Shown here: positions 26,600-36,350 of the stretch, in pieces
Layout: every line of letters starts with the position of its first letter
Numbering within the stretch: the stretch's first letter is position 1
UHGV virus genome: UHGV-0123675
DNA from: a virus
Length of the DNA stretch: 42,627 bases
Strand: one strand, 5' to 3'
Notes under the pieces: generated by a model
Seen by the model: the letters and a program-made list of their open reading frames with translations, nothing else
Told to the model about the DNA's origin: nothing
Database searches by the model: none
Position numbers and translations under genes: made by a program

Positions 26600-28069
26600 A
26601 TGTCTCAGTTACATGGCGTTGAAACTATTGAACTCACCTCGGGTACGGTGGCGGTTACCACGATTCAGACCGCCATTATCGGCCTGGTGGGAACTGCACC
26701 TGATGCGTCGGGGGGAACAGCCGCATCGGGATCATCCGGTACACCCATTCTAGATAACGTTATCGACTTCACGGCAACCATTAAGGGGCGGGAAGGCAAT
26801 GTCATCAATGTCGCTGCGCTGGCCGGACAGCCGGCAGCCGAAAATCCTGCTGCGGTTGTGACGTCAGCAAGCTGGGATCCTGAATCGCTGACACTGAACA
26901 TCACGCTGGGTTGTGATGAGCACGGTGTTATCACGGCTAAACCTGGAGAAGTTGCTGAGGCTGTCGGTGGTGTTGATGGCGTAAAAATCAGTGCGAGCGG
27001 GCGCGGTGACGGGATTGTCCAGCCCTTCAGCCTGCAATTAGCGGGGGGTGAAGATGAACCCTTTCCACTCAATACGCCGGTGGCGGTCATCGGCACCACG
27101 CTGTTATCCCGCCTGGGTGAAAAAGGTACGCTTAAACAGGCACTGACTGATATTAACGATCAGCGTAATGCGCTGACGGTGGTGGTGCGTGTGGCGGATG
27201 AAAACGATGTGGCAAAACGACGCGCGGCGGTACTGAAGGGGATTGGCACCCTGTCATCAGCGAAATCTGTTACGACGTACCAGCCGCGTATTGTGATTGC
27301 GCCGGAATTCAGTGAGGACGATGCGGTTGGTAAGGGGCTGGAAACCGTGGCCGGGAAATTGCGCGCCGTTGCCTATGTTGACTGCGCCTCCGGTGCGACG
27401 CTGCAGGAAGTGGTACAGCGTCGCCAGTCCTATGGCGCACGAACTGAACTGTTGCGCCCGCGGGTCCAGGCGAGTGATGCAGATGGCCAGCTGGTTTATC
27501 GCCCTTACTCTGCATTTGCTGCCGGATTACGCGCCCGCATCGACTTTGAAAAAGGCTGGTGGTGGAGCAAGTCGAACCAGAACATCAATAACATCCTCGG
27601 TGTTGAGCAGATCGATGAATTTATCCTCGGGGATGAGAACTGCGATGCAAACCTGCTCAACATGCAGAACGTGTCCACCATTATCCGCCGGGCGGGTTTT
27701 AAACACTGGGGGAACCGCCTGTGTGCAACCAATCCTCAGTGGCGTTTTGAATCTGTACGCCGTACAGCTGATGTTATTGAGGACAGCATTCAGGAAACCA
27801 TGCTGGAGTATGTTGACCGCCCACTGGACCGGGAAAATGCGGATGACATTATCGGTACCATCAATGCCTATATGCGGCAACTGGTCGGTCTTGGCGCCAT
27901 ATTCGGTGGGCGGGCCTGGCTGGATGAAGAACTGAACACCGCGGAAACCATGGCGTCGGGTGTCCTGTACATCAACTATGACTTTGGTCCGAAATCGCCG
28001 ACTGAACTTATCAGCCTGCGCGTCCGGGTGAACAATAACTATGCGCTTGAGGAGATGCTTGCAGCATGA
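26600..28069 (+). CDS. Contractile tail sheath protein (P2 FI-like)
   Basis: ~490-aa protein followed directly by FII-like tube gene; start ATG 26600 after GGAGAAAAAAC. Confidence 0.85.
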   Translation: MSQLHGVETIELTSGTVAVTTIQTAIIGLVGTAPDASGGTAASGSSGTPILDNVIDFTATIKGREGNVINVAALAGQPAAENPAAVVTSASWDPESLTLNITLGCDEHGVITAKPGEVAEAVGGVDGVKISASGRGDGIVQPFSLQLAGGEDEPFPLNTPVAVIGTTLLSRLGEKGTLKQALTDINDQRNALTVVVRVADENDVAKRRAAVLKGIGTLSSAKSVTTYQPRIVIAPEFSEDDAVGKGLETVAGKLRAVAYVDCASGATLQEVVQRRQSYGARTELLRPRVQASDADGQLVYRPYSAFAAGLRARIDFEKGWWWSKSNQNINNILGVEQIDEFILGDENCDANLLNMQNVSTIIRRAGFKHWGNRLCATNPQWRFESVRRTADVIEDSIQETMLEYVDRPLDRENADDIIGTINAYMRQLVGLGAIFGGRAWLDEELNTAETMASGVLYINYDFGPKSPTELISLRVRVNNNYALEEMLAA

Positions 28070-28572
28070 GCGATAAAAACACACTACGCGTCTGGACCTT
28101 CTTCCGGCAGGGGATCCGTATTCAGGGGGCGCATGAATTTACGCCGCCGTCTCTGGCTATTGTTAAAACGGATTTGCGTACCGGCGCACAGGATGCGCCA
28201 ACTCCGGTTGATGACGGCATGGAAGCACTGACCTGTCAGGTTAAATTTTATGGGATAGATACGGATATGCTGGCCAGCTTTGGTTTTGTCAGCGGCAGTC
28301 GTTCACGCTTTACGGCTTATCAGGGCTATCTCGGTAACGGCACTGCGCGCGGTACGGTTGAGGAAATCGAGGGGTTTGTACAGACCGTCACGCCGGATGC
28401 GCGCAGTAAGGACACGCTTTCCGAAAATGCCGTGACGGTTGATATTGCCGTCAGCTACTACCGTCAGTCACTGGACGGGCGCGAACTGTTTGCCATCGAC
28501 ACAGAGCGTTTCGCCCGCCGGGTGAATGGCGTTGATGTGCTTTCTGGCCTGGCTGCCAAAGTGCGTCTCTGA
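28066..28572 (+). CDS. Tail tube protein (P2 FII-like)
   Basis: C-terminus YYRQSLDGRELFAIDTERFARRVNGVDVL parallels P2 FII YFRLTMDGKELVEIDTINMIEKVNGVDRL. Confidence 0.85.
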   Translation: MSDKNTLRVWTFFRQGIRIQGAHEFTPPSLAIVKTDLRTGAQDAPTPVDDGMEALTCQVKFYGIDTDMLASFGFVSGSRSRFTAYQGYLGNGTARGTVEEIEGFVQTVTPDARSKDTLSENAVTVDIAVSYYRQSLDGRELFAIDTERFARRVNGVDVLSGLAAKVRL

Positions 28573-28596
28573 TTTTACTGTTATCCCACCACTGTA

Positions 28597-28619
28597 ACGG
28601 CCTGCGGGCCGTTTTTTTA
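28597..28619 (+). terminator. Hairpin plus T-run after tail tube gene
   Basis: ACGGCC-tgcg-GGCCGT followed by TTTTTTTAT. Confidence 0.5.
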
Positions 28620-28630
28620 TGGAGCATCCT

Positions 28631-28930
28631 ATGAGCTTTCCTGGTGAAACCCGCGTTATAAAACTGTATTCCCCCGTATCACTTGATAGCGGGGTTGTGA
28701 TCGATGAAGTCACCATGCGTGAACCGCTGGTTCGCGATCGCATCACTCATGCCAAAGACCGCGGCAACGAAGAAGAGAAAGAAGCCCGCATGATTGCGCT
28801 GCTGTGCAATCTCAGTGAACAGGATCTCTGGCTGATGACGGCGGCAGATTATTCACAGCTGCTGGATGCCTTTAACGTTTTTATGCTCCCGCCCGCGAAG
28901 CGACCGAAGGCGGGCTCCTCCGGGCAATAA
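28631..28930 (+). CDS. Tail assembly chaperone (P2 gpE-like)
   Basis: ~100-aa ORF between tube and tape measure; start ATG 28631 after GGAG (ORF track starts at 28619). Confidence 0.65.
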   Translation: MSFPGETRVIKLYSPVSLDSGVVIDEVTMREPLVRDRITHAKDRGNEEEKEARMIALLCNLSEQDLWLMTAADYSQLLDAFNVFMLPPAKRPKAGSSGQ

Positions 28931-29058
28931 GATTTCTGGGGCGGCGGCTGCATTTTCCGATGGCGGAATACCTTGATATGCCGTTCAGCACTTTCTCTGA
29001 TTTTTTGACTGACGAACTGGAGACGATAAACCGTGGGCGGAATAAGCCAGAACCTTAA
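28631..29058 (+). other. Predicted -1 programmed frameshift product of the tail chaperone (E+E'-like), slip at the T-run near 28878-28884
   Basis: The -1 frame is open from 28876 to a TAA at 29056-29058 and opens exactly at the GTTTTTA run inside the chaperone gene; extension has no start codon of its own. Confidence 0.45.
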
Positions 29059-30958
29059 GGCCGTGATTACCTTTGGCGGGAACCTGGATAATTCATGGAA
29101 ACGATCTGCAGATGGTCTGCAAAAAAGCCTGAAAGATGTCGGAAAGCAGTCTGAACGACTGACAAAAGACCAGACCAGACTGGCAGCAGAAATCAAACGC
29201 GCCAAACTGGCCGGTGAAAGCCTGGGGGATTTGAAGCGCCGCTATACCGATGTTTCCAGGGAAATCCGCAAAACGGAGGCGGAGCAGCAGAAACTGAATG
29301 TACAGATGCAAAAAGCACAGCGCATTCAGGCATTCAAAGGAGCCGGTAAAGGTCTGTTCCGGCGCGGTCTGGGGATCGCCGGGCAGGTGGGCGGGATGTT
29401 TGGATCCGGGTTGGCTATTGGCGGTGGCGGTGTGGTGGCTTCAGCTCTTGGCACACTGATAGCGCCAGCTGCCACCAATGCTGAAACGGCAACCCGCACT
29501 AATGTCGCAAAAAGTTACGGCGTGGACGTGGCCACGTTTAATGCCTGGGATTCTCTGGCGAAGCAGTACGACATGAATGCGGAAAACATTGGCGATCTCT
29601 TTGAAGAGTATCTGCACAAATCCGGAGAGTATAAACAGAACGGTAAGCAGGGCTCGCTGCAGGATGCGTTTGAAACGCTCGGGTTCAAAGCGGGGGATTT
29701 TGCCGGGCTCAACGATATGGCGCAGTTCGACAAAATTGTTGAACGGGCGCTCAGCCTTCAGGACGAGTCAAAAGCCTCCTTCGCACTGGATTCTCTTTTT
29801 GGCGGGGAAGCGAGCAAACTGCTGATGCTTATCAAGCAGTCTGGCCGGAGCTACCGCGACCTGATGGACGAACAGCGGCGCTACAACCTTGTGACCAAAG
29901 AGGGGGCAGATGGGGCGGTTGCAGGGAATCAGGCTATCAATAATCTCCGCACTGTTTTCTCTTCTGCGGTTGCTGAAATTTCCGGGCAACTGGGAAATGA
30001 GCTTGCGCCTGATATCCGTAATCTGACGAATGATCTTGCCGACTGGTTCAAAGGTGGCGGGATCAAACGCATTGTGACTTTCCTGCGAAACGACCTTTAT
30101 CCCGGCGTTCTGTCGTTCGGGCAGGGGGTGGTTTTTGTCGGCAAAATTATTTACGCGCTGGCTAAAAAACTGTCCTGGTTGCTGCCGGATGAACGAAATG
30201 ATCAGCGCGATGTACTGAAAACACTGGCTGGTAATGGAATGAATATGGCTCGCCTCCGAGCTGAGCAGACAGGCCAGGGAGAATGGTTTACGCAGCAACT
30301 GGCAATTCATCCTGACTTGCCAGAAAAAGTAAAAGAGTCATGGAATGATACCCGCGGATGGTTCGGTCCTGACAGCGACGATGAGGCGTTTAACAAATCG
30401 CTTGATAAATACCTGTCACCGGAAGGCGGCGATTCGCTTTTAAACTGGAATGCGGCGCTACAGCAAAACAAGGACCATGTAGCGCAAACCGTTAAAGAGG
30501 ACCCGGAAAGCAGTGCCGAAGCCAGGGATAATTACGCGCATGAGCCGGTAACGTTTGCCAGTCAGTGGAAAAGAGAGCCATCAGGGCTGACGGACAGCCT
30601 GGGGGAAGGAGAAAGCGCCCGCGCAGGGGATAAGTATCCGAATGATCTCCTTCTTCCCGTCGTGCAGCAGGACAGGAATGTTACGACAACAAACAGATCA
30701 CCTGCTGAGCCGGTCATTTTGAAAGACGAGAGCACGGGTGGTTACTGGGAAAGCCTGCTTCAAAAAATGGATGTACTGGATAAGCAGCCGCCATCACGGC
30801 AGATAACTGATAACCGCAAATTTGAATACCACTTCGAAATTAATGCTGCGCCGGGACAGGATGAGAAAGCCATTGCCGATGAAGTGACCACGGTGACGAA
30901 AAACAATTCTGCTTTTAATGGTGATAACAGCCTTCTGGATGGGGGACTTGTCTGGTGA
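29033..30958 (+). CDS. Tail tape measure protein
   Basis: 641-aa Gly/Ala-rich, coiled-coil-prone protein after chaperone gene; GTG start. Confidence 0.85.
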   Translation: MGGISQNLKAVITFGGNLDNSWKRSADGLQKSLKDVGKQSERLTKDQTRLAAEIKRAKLAGESLGDLKRRYTDVSREIRKTEAEQQKLNVQMQKAQRIQAFKGAGKGLFRRGLGIAGQVGGMFGSGLAIGGGGVVASALGTLIAPAATNAETATRTNVAKSYGVDVATFNAWDSLAKQYDMNAENIGDLFEEYLHKSGEYKQNGKQGSLQDAFETLGFKAGDFAGLNDMAQFDKIVERALSLQDESKASFALDSLFGGEASKLLMLIKQSGRSYRDLMDEQRRYNLVTKEGADGAVAGNQAINNLRTVFSSAVAEISGQLGNELAPDIRNLTNDLADWFKGGGIKRIVTFLRNDLYPGVLSFGQGVVFVGKIIYALAKKLSWLLPDERNDQRDVLKTLAGNGMNMARLRAEQTGQGEWFTQQLAIHPDLPEKVKESWNDTRGWFGPDSDDEAFNKSLDKYLSPEGGDSLLNWNAALQQNKDHVAQTVKEDPESSAEARDNYAHEPVTFASQWKREPSGLTDSLGEGESARAGDKYPNDLLLPVVQQDRNVTTTNRSPAEPVILKDESTGGYWESLLQKMDVLDKQPPSRQITDNRKFEYHFEINAAPGQDEKAIADEVTTVTKNNSAFNGDNSLLDGGLVW

Positions 30959-31425
30959 GTGAAATTATCCCGATATTTGAAGATTCCGGCCAGCGCAGTG
31001 CAGGCGCATTACGGGGTGGGCAGGAAGCCCGCGTCATGATGATGCTGGGGAATTTCGCCTTTTCGATTGATACAGCGGCTTATCATCAGCTCACCCGTGA
31101 GGCCAGCTGGCGCTGGAGTGAACAGGAACGCATCGGCAAACAGGACCTTCTTCAGTACACCGGAAAGCCCGGGCGTACTGTCAGGCTCGAAGGGCAGTCT
31201 CACGCCTTTTTCCGTAAAGGGGTGGAAGGGGTGAATGATTTATTTGATCTTGCCGAACAGGCGAAACCGCAGCAGCTTGTCAGCGGAGAGGGCGATGTAC
31301 TGGGGTGGTGGGTGGTGACCGACTTTTCAGACACGACGAGTAAGTTTTTACCGGGTGGTGGTCACCGAAATAAAAACTGGACGATGACGCTAAAACACTA
31401 TGCCGACGATCTATCAAACCCGTGA
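30955..31425 (+). CDS. Tail protein (P2 gpU-like)
   Basis: Internal MMMLGNFAFS... resembles P2 gpU N-terminus (MMMLG); true start may be ATG 31036. Confidence 0.7.
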   Translation: MSEIIPIFEDSGQRSAGALRGGQEARVMMMLGNFAFSIDTAAYHQLTREASWRWSEQERIGKQDLLQYTGKPGRTVRLEGQSHAFFRKGVEGVNDLFDLAEQAKPQQLVSGEGDVLGWWVVTDFSDTTSKFLPGGGHRNKNWTMTLKHYADDLSNP

Positions 31426-31615
31426 CGGAGATGTACTGGATGCAATTTGTGCCGTGCATTACGGTACTGAAAATCTTTCAGACTCAGTGACTCAGGTTCT
31501 TGAAGCCAATCAGGGGCTGGCGGATAAGGGGGCTATGTATCCTTCCGGCCTGTATATCACACTGCCGGATCTGGTGACGCCTGTAGCGGAATCGCCATTC
31601 AGTTTATGGGATTGA
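31400..31615 (+). CDS. Tail protein X (P2 gpX-like, LysM-like)
   Basis: GDVLDAICAVHYG...VLEANQGLA resembles P2 gpX GDTLDAICVRYYG...VLAANPGLA. Confidence 0.75.
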   Translation: MPTIYQTRDGDVLDAICAVHYGTENLSDSVTQVLEANQGLADKGAMYPSGLYITLPDLVTPVAESPFSLWD

Positions 31616-31616
31616 T

Positions 31617-32735
31617 ATGGCAGATCAGACAGCGATGCCGGAATATGCTCCGGCTTTCAGCATTCAGGCCGAAGGGAAAGATATAACCCGGGTGCTGCAA
31701 CAATGCCTGAGTGAACTGACCCTGACGGATTATGGTGGGGCAACAGCGAAAGCCGATGAACTGAAAATCAGCCTCATCTCTGAAACGCTGGCGCTTCCCA
31801 CTAAAGGTGCCCGGCTTCGGGTTGCTCTGGGATTCAATGACCAACTGATCGATAAAGGCTGGTTTGTTGTCAGTGGTGTCTCGAGCAGCGGCCCGCCGAG
31901 GCGTATTGAGCTTTATGCGACCGCCGCGCCGATGAACGCCCAGAAACAACCCGGAGATGTGACAAGCCAGAAAACCCGGAGCTGGGATAACCTTCGCCTT
32001 GCCGATATTGTCAAAACAGTGGCCACCGATAACGGACTTATTCCCCGCGTGGCCGACGCGCTCAAAGATATTCATATCAATCACATCGATCAGGTGGCGG
32101 AATCCGATGCCAACCTGCTCGCAAGGCTTGCACGTGACTACAACGCAGTGAGCAAACCATCGGGAGGCTACTGGCTTTTTTTACAGCAGGGGGCCACGGC
32201 AACGGCTTCAGGAAAACAGACTGGCGGGATCACCATCACACCGGATGAAGTATCAAACTGGTCCTACAGTGAAGGTGAGCGGGGGAGTTCGACGGGGAAA
32301 GCTGCGGGGAGCGGAGGTAAAGCCAAAGAGAAAATCGGCGTGCGTTATTACGACGAGGAGGACGGCACGACAAAGACCTCCTCTGTTGAACATGATGGCC
32401 CGGCGATGACCAATCCCTATACCCAGTCGGAGAAAAACACCGCCGAGCAACAGGCAAACTCCAGGAAAACACAGGCGAAGCGTAACGAGCAGAAAATGAC
32501 GCTCACGGGGCCATGTCGCCCTAAACATGTTCCGCTGACAGCAGAAGCAGGTGTGTCGACTTCCGGTTTTGGTTCCCGTGAGGATCGGGCCTGGGTGGTT
32601 GAGTCTCTGGTCTTTTCTCTGACGTCAGCAGGATTCAGCTACACCTACAACCTTGTCGTGGATATTCGTAAACCCGCAGCGGCTTCGAAAAAATCAGAAA
32701 AGCAGGACAAAAAAGGCCCGTCCTACTTCGGTTAA
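31617..32735 (+). CDS. Tail protein D (P2 gpD-like late control/baseplate hub protein)
   Basis: 372-aa protein following U and X genes, size and position of gpD. Confidence 0.75.
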   Translation: MADQTAMPEYAPAFSIQAEGKDITRVLQQCLSELTLTDYGGATAKADELKISLISETLALPTKGARLRVALGFNDQLIDKGWFVVSGVSSSGPPRRIELYATAAPMNAQKQPGDVTSQKTRSWDNLRLADIVKTVATDNGLIPRVADALKDIHINHIDQVAESDANLLARLARDYNAVSKPSGGYWLFLQQGATATASGKQTGGITITPDEVSNWSYSEGERGSSTGKAAGSGGKAKEKIGVRYYDEEDGTTKTSSVEHDGPAMTNPYTQSEKNTAEQQANSRKTQAKRNEQKMTLTGPCRPKHVPLTAEAGVSTSGFGSREDRAWVVESLVFSLTSAGFSYTYNLVVDIRKPAAASKKSEKQDKKGPSYFG

Positions 32736-32774
32736 CCCTCCCGCCATCCGGCGACTCAGCAACGGAATTTAATC

Positions 32775-33128
32775 ATGAACGGTGTAAACAACCGGACCGG
32801 AAAACGCCTGTCCGGCGTCGCCCATTTGCGGCAGTCCGTCAGCGACATACTGACCACTCCCATCGGGAGCCGGGTTCTTGTTCGGGACTATGGCAGTGAT
32901 CTGTTTTCGCTGGTGGATAACCCCCGGGATGATTTGACCCGACTACAAATAATCGCTGCGTCTGCGACCGCACTGGCCCGGTGGGAGACGCGGCTGAAGG
33001 TAACACGTGTGCTTGTTTCCTTTCCTGAAGGGGAGTCCGGCTGTGTGCTGGATATCGAGGGGATCAACAAGGAAACCAATTTACCTGTCAGAACGGGAGA
33101 CATAACGATTTATGGCAAGCAGCTATGA
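32775..33128 (+). CDS. Baseplate assembly protein W (gp25/gpW-like)
   Basis: 117-aa protein with DILTTPIGSRVLVRDYGSDLFSLVDNP motif characteristic of gpW/gp25 family. Confidence 0.8.
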   Translation: MNGVNNRTGKRLSGVAHLRQSVSDILTTPIGSRVLVRDYGSDLFSLVDNPRDDLTRLQIIAASATALARWETRLKVTRVLVSFPEGESGCVLDIEGINKETNLPVRTGDITIYGKQL

Positions 33129-34032
33129 CGTGATCAACCTGTCCGAACTGGACGTACCGGATGCCATTGTGGTGCCTGATGCAACTGAAATCTTCACCCG
33201 GTGGCTGGTGCGGCTGAGGGAACTTGATAAGCAGTTTGATGCGCTGGTGGAATCCGATCCGACGTTTAAACAGGGGGAGGTGAATGCCTACCAGCTGACG
33301 CTGGCGTTTCAGCGGGTTAATGATGCCGTGCGGGCGGTATTTCTCGCGAGTGCAAAAGAGGCTGACCTTGACCAGATAGGTGCCGCATTCAACGTTAAAC
33401 GGCAGGTTATTAAGCCCGGAGATCCGCTTGCCATTCCGCCAGTGGAGCCTGAACTGGAAGACGATGCGGCATTTCGTGAACGTATCCAGCTTTCATGGGC
33501 GCAGCTGAATACAGCAGGCGCGCGCAACTCATACCGCTTTCATGCGAAGTCTGCCGATACGGATGTGCTGGATGCCGATGCCTATGGGCCGGAAACCCAT
33601 AACCGGCCCGGCTACGTTGATGTCTATGTCCTGTCACGTACCGGGGATGGGGCGGCGGGGCAGCCCCTGCTTGATAAGGTTAACAGCACACTGAATGCGG
33701 ATGAAATCCGCCCGTTAACGGACTACGTGACGGTTAAAAGTGCCACGATTGCAAACTATGCCGTTACGGCAGAGCTGGAGATCCCGGAAGGACCAGACGC
33801 CAGTACGGTGCTGAATAATGCCATCGATGTTTTACGGTCATACACCACGCTTTCCCATCGGATTAAAACCGTCGTCCCGTTATCCGCCATTTATGCCGCG
33901 CTGCAGCAATCCGGTGTGGTCCGGGTAAGGCTGATTTCTCCGGTAGCAGATCTGGAAGCGGAACCGGGTAAAGCGCCCTGGTGTACCGCCATTAATGTCA
34001 CCCGCAGGGAGGTAAGCAGCAATGACGGCTAA
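33112..34032 (+). CDS. Baseplate assembly protein J (P2 gpJ-like)
   Basis: 306-aa protein; RVNDAVRAV, DVYVLSR, LSAIYAALQ segments parallel P2 gpJ. Confidence 0.85.
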   Translation: MASSYDVINLSELDVPDAIVVPDATEIFTRWLVRLRELDKQFDALVESDPTFKQGEVNAYQLTLAFQRVNDAVRAVFLASAKEADLDQIGAAFNVKRQVIKPGDPLAIPPVEPELEDDAAFRERIQLSWAQLNTAGARNSYRFHAKSADTDVLDADAYGPETHNRPGYVDVYVLSRTGDGAAGQPLLDKVNSTLNADEIRPLTDYVTVKSATIANYAVTAELEIPEGPDASTVLNNAIDVLRSYTTLSHRIKTVVPLSAIYAALQQSGVVRVRLISPVADLEAEPGKAPWCTAINVTRREVSSNDG

Positions 34033-34585
34033 GTTTCGATCTCTGCTACCTCCTGGTGCATTTCATGAAGAGCGGGCGCAGGAGCAGGCCAGCGCTGAGC
34101 AGATCGCCACCCTCGATACCAATATGGTGCGCAAGTCCAAAAATCCTGACACCTGTCCGGCACATCTTCTCCCCTGGCTGGCCTGGGAGCATGCCGTTGA
34201 TTTCTGGGATGACGGCTGGACGGAGGCGCAAAAGCGACAGGTGATAAAGGATGCCGCTTATGTTCATCAGCACAGGGGAACGGCCGGGGCGGTACGCCGT
34301 TCTCTCGGGTCAGTGAACCTGCCCACGATCGTGGTTGAGTGGTGGGAAGACACCCCGCGCGCTGAACCTTACACCTTCCGGATCGAAGTACAGAGCAGTG
34401 AGGGGGTCAGTGACGCTCTCTATCATCAGATCCGCCAGCTTACCGAGCGGGCCAAGAACCTGCGCAGCTATCTGAGCAAAATCGATGTGATGGCGAATGT
34501 GGGTATGGACGGGGCTTTTTATATTTCGGGTGCGACAACAGCGCATATCGATGTGGACATTTTTGCCGGGGAATCTCATGGCTGA
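34022..34585 (+). CDS. Baseplate/tail protein I (P2 gpI-like)
   Basis: NPDTCPAHLLPWLAWEHAVDFWDDGWTEAQKRQVIKDA parallels P2 gpI NPDTCPANLLPWLAWAFSVDRWDEKWPEATKRAVIRDA. Confidence 0.8.
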   Translation: MTAKFRSLLPPGAFHEERAQEQASAEQIATLDTNMVRKSKNPDTCPAHLLPWLAWEHAVDFWDDGWTEAQKRQVIKDAAYVHQHRGTAGAVRRSLGSVNLPTIVVEWWEDTPRAEPYTFRIEVQSSEGVSDALYHQIRQLTERAKNLRSYLSKIDVMANVGMDGAFYISGATTAHIDVDIFAGESHG

Positions 34586-36350
34586 TTACTACTCAATTAT
34601 CACTAACCGGGGTAAAGAACTGGAGGCGGAGGCGCTTGCCAGTGGTCGCCTGATTGTACTGACTCACTTTGTGGTGGGTGACAGTAGTGGCAAGCAGGTC
34701 AAACCTGATCCGTCGCAAATCCGGTTAATCAATGAAACGTACCGGGGAGATATCGCTGAGCTGGTGGTGTCCCCGGAGCAGTCCACACAGTTAATGGCAA
34801 AAATCGTCCTGCCGACCGGGGTTGGTGGATTCACCGTTCGCGAAGTCGGTTTAATGACTGACGCCGGAGAGCTTTACGCGGTGGCAAACTGCCCATCGAT
34901 CGATAAGCCGGTTGGTGGTGTCAGCGTTAATATGCAGTTTCGCCTGGCAGTATCAGATACCTCAAATATCACGCTGAATGTTGCAACCGGCGACGGGTTA
35001 TTTCTGCGTATTGACCAGTACCTGAAAGAGATAAAAGCGCGGGGCGCGGAAGCACAAAAAACATCGCGTGAATCCATTGGTGTCCTCGATAGCACAACAC
35101 AACAAAGAGGGCTGGTTCAACTTAGCAGTTCGGTGAACAGCACCAGTGAAACGCAGGCCGCCACCCCGGCAGCAGTTAAGATCGCAATGGATAATGCGAA
35201 TGCGCGACTGGCTAAAGACCGGAACGGCAGTGATATTCCTAATGTCGCATTATTTCTACAAAACCTTGGCCTGGTAGAAACGATAAATCGAGCAGCCGGT
35301 TCGCTGCAAAAAAATCAGAACGGCGCTGATGTACCGCAACCGGATTCGTTTGTACGTAATATCGGTGCCGGGCGAGCTTTCAGTGGCTCAGTCAGTATTG
35401 GTGGAGGCGGTAACTGGACAACAGCGGACTTTATCGTCTGGCTTGAAAATCAGGGGGCATTTAATCATCCCTATTGGGTATGCAAAGGTTCATGGTCCTA
35501 CGGTGATAACAGGGTTATTACGGATACGGGATGCGGGAATATCAGTCTTGCTGGCTCGGTAGTTGAGGTTATGGGAGTGCGTGATGCGATGACTATTCGT
35601 ATCACCACGCCAACCACCACAGCAGGAAATGGAACGCCTTCCGCTCAGTTTACCTACATCAATCATGGTGATGGTTACTTGCCAGGCTGGCACAGGGATT
35701 TTAATACAGCAAATCCTCCTTATGAGTATTACCCCGTAGGCGCACCCATACCATGGCCTTCGGATATACCGCCTGCTAACCATGCGCTTATGCAGGGCCA
35801 ATCGTTTGATAAATCTGCCTATCCATTACTTGCTGTGGCATATCCTGTGGGGGTTATTCCTGATATGCGTGGTCAGACGATAAAAGGCAACCCAACAGGT
35901 AGAGGGGTATTAACACAAGAACAGGATGGTATTAAGTGGCACGATCACGGCGCAACGATCGCAAGTACCGATCTTGGAAGCAGGGATACAACCGGGTTTG
36001 ATTATGGCACCAAATCGGTATCAGTTTTTGACTACGGTACTAAATCAACAACCGGCGCGGGGGCTCACAATCACCCTATATCCGGGAGAACGCAGTTTGG
36101 TCAGGCAGGGGATGTCGTTGCAATGTCCAATACTGGCTCTGACAGAACAAACTGGGGAGCTGTTGGTGGCGTTGGCGACCATGCTCACGCCGTAGGAATT
36201 GGTGCACATGATCACGTGGTGGGTATTGGAGCGCATGCTCACTCTGTTTACATTGGCGCGCACAGCCATGGTGTGACGGTTTCACCATCTGGTCAGGCTG
36301 AAAACACTGTAAAAAATACGGCATTTAATTATTTAGTGAGGCTTGCATAA
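34578..36350 (+). CDS. Tail fibre protein (P2 gpH-like N-terminus; His-rich GxGAHxH repeats at C-terminal tip)
   Basis: GLVQLSSSVNSTSETQAATPAAVK matches the conserved gpH motif; start ATG 34578 overlaps gpI stop (ORF track starts 34497). Confidence 0.85.
   Translation: MADYYSIITNRGKELEAEALASGRLIVLTHFVVGDSSGKQVKPDPSQIRLINETYRGDIAELVVSPEQSTQLMAKIVLPTGVGGFTVREVGLMTDAGELYAVANCPSIDKPVGGVSVNMQFRLAVSDTSNITLNVATGDGLFLRIDQYLKEIKARGAEAQKTSRESIGVLDSTTQQRGLVQLSSSVNSTSETQAATPAAVKIAMDNANARLAKDRNGSDIPNVALFLQNLGLVETINRAAGSLQKNQNGADVPQPDSFVRNIGAGRAFSGSVSIGGGGNWTTADFIVWLENQGAFNHPYWVCKGSWSYGDNRVITDTGCGNISLAGSVVEVMGVRDAMTIRITTPTTTAGNGTPSAQFTYINHGDGYLPGWHRDFNTANPPYEYYPVGAPIPWPSDIPPANHALMQGQSFDKSAYPLLAVAYPVGVIPDMRGQTIKGNPTGRGVLTQEQDGIKWHDHGATIASTDLGSRDTTGFDYGTKSVSVFDYGTKSTTGAGAHNHPISGRTQFGQAGDVVAMSNTGSDRTNWGAVGGVGDHAHAVGIGAHDHVVGIGAHAHSVYIGAHSHGVTVSPSGQAENTVKNTAFNYLVRLA

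Noticed and set aside
27297-28084. Alternate-frame and antisense ORFs within the sheath gene (27297-27935 plus strand; 27527-28084 minus strand)
   Set aside because: They are embedded in the sheath coding region; the translations are Arg/Cys/Pro-rich GC-frame artefacts.
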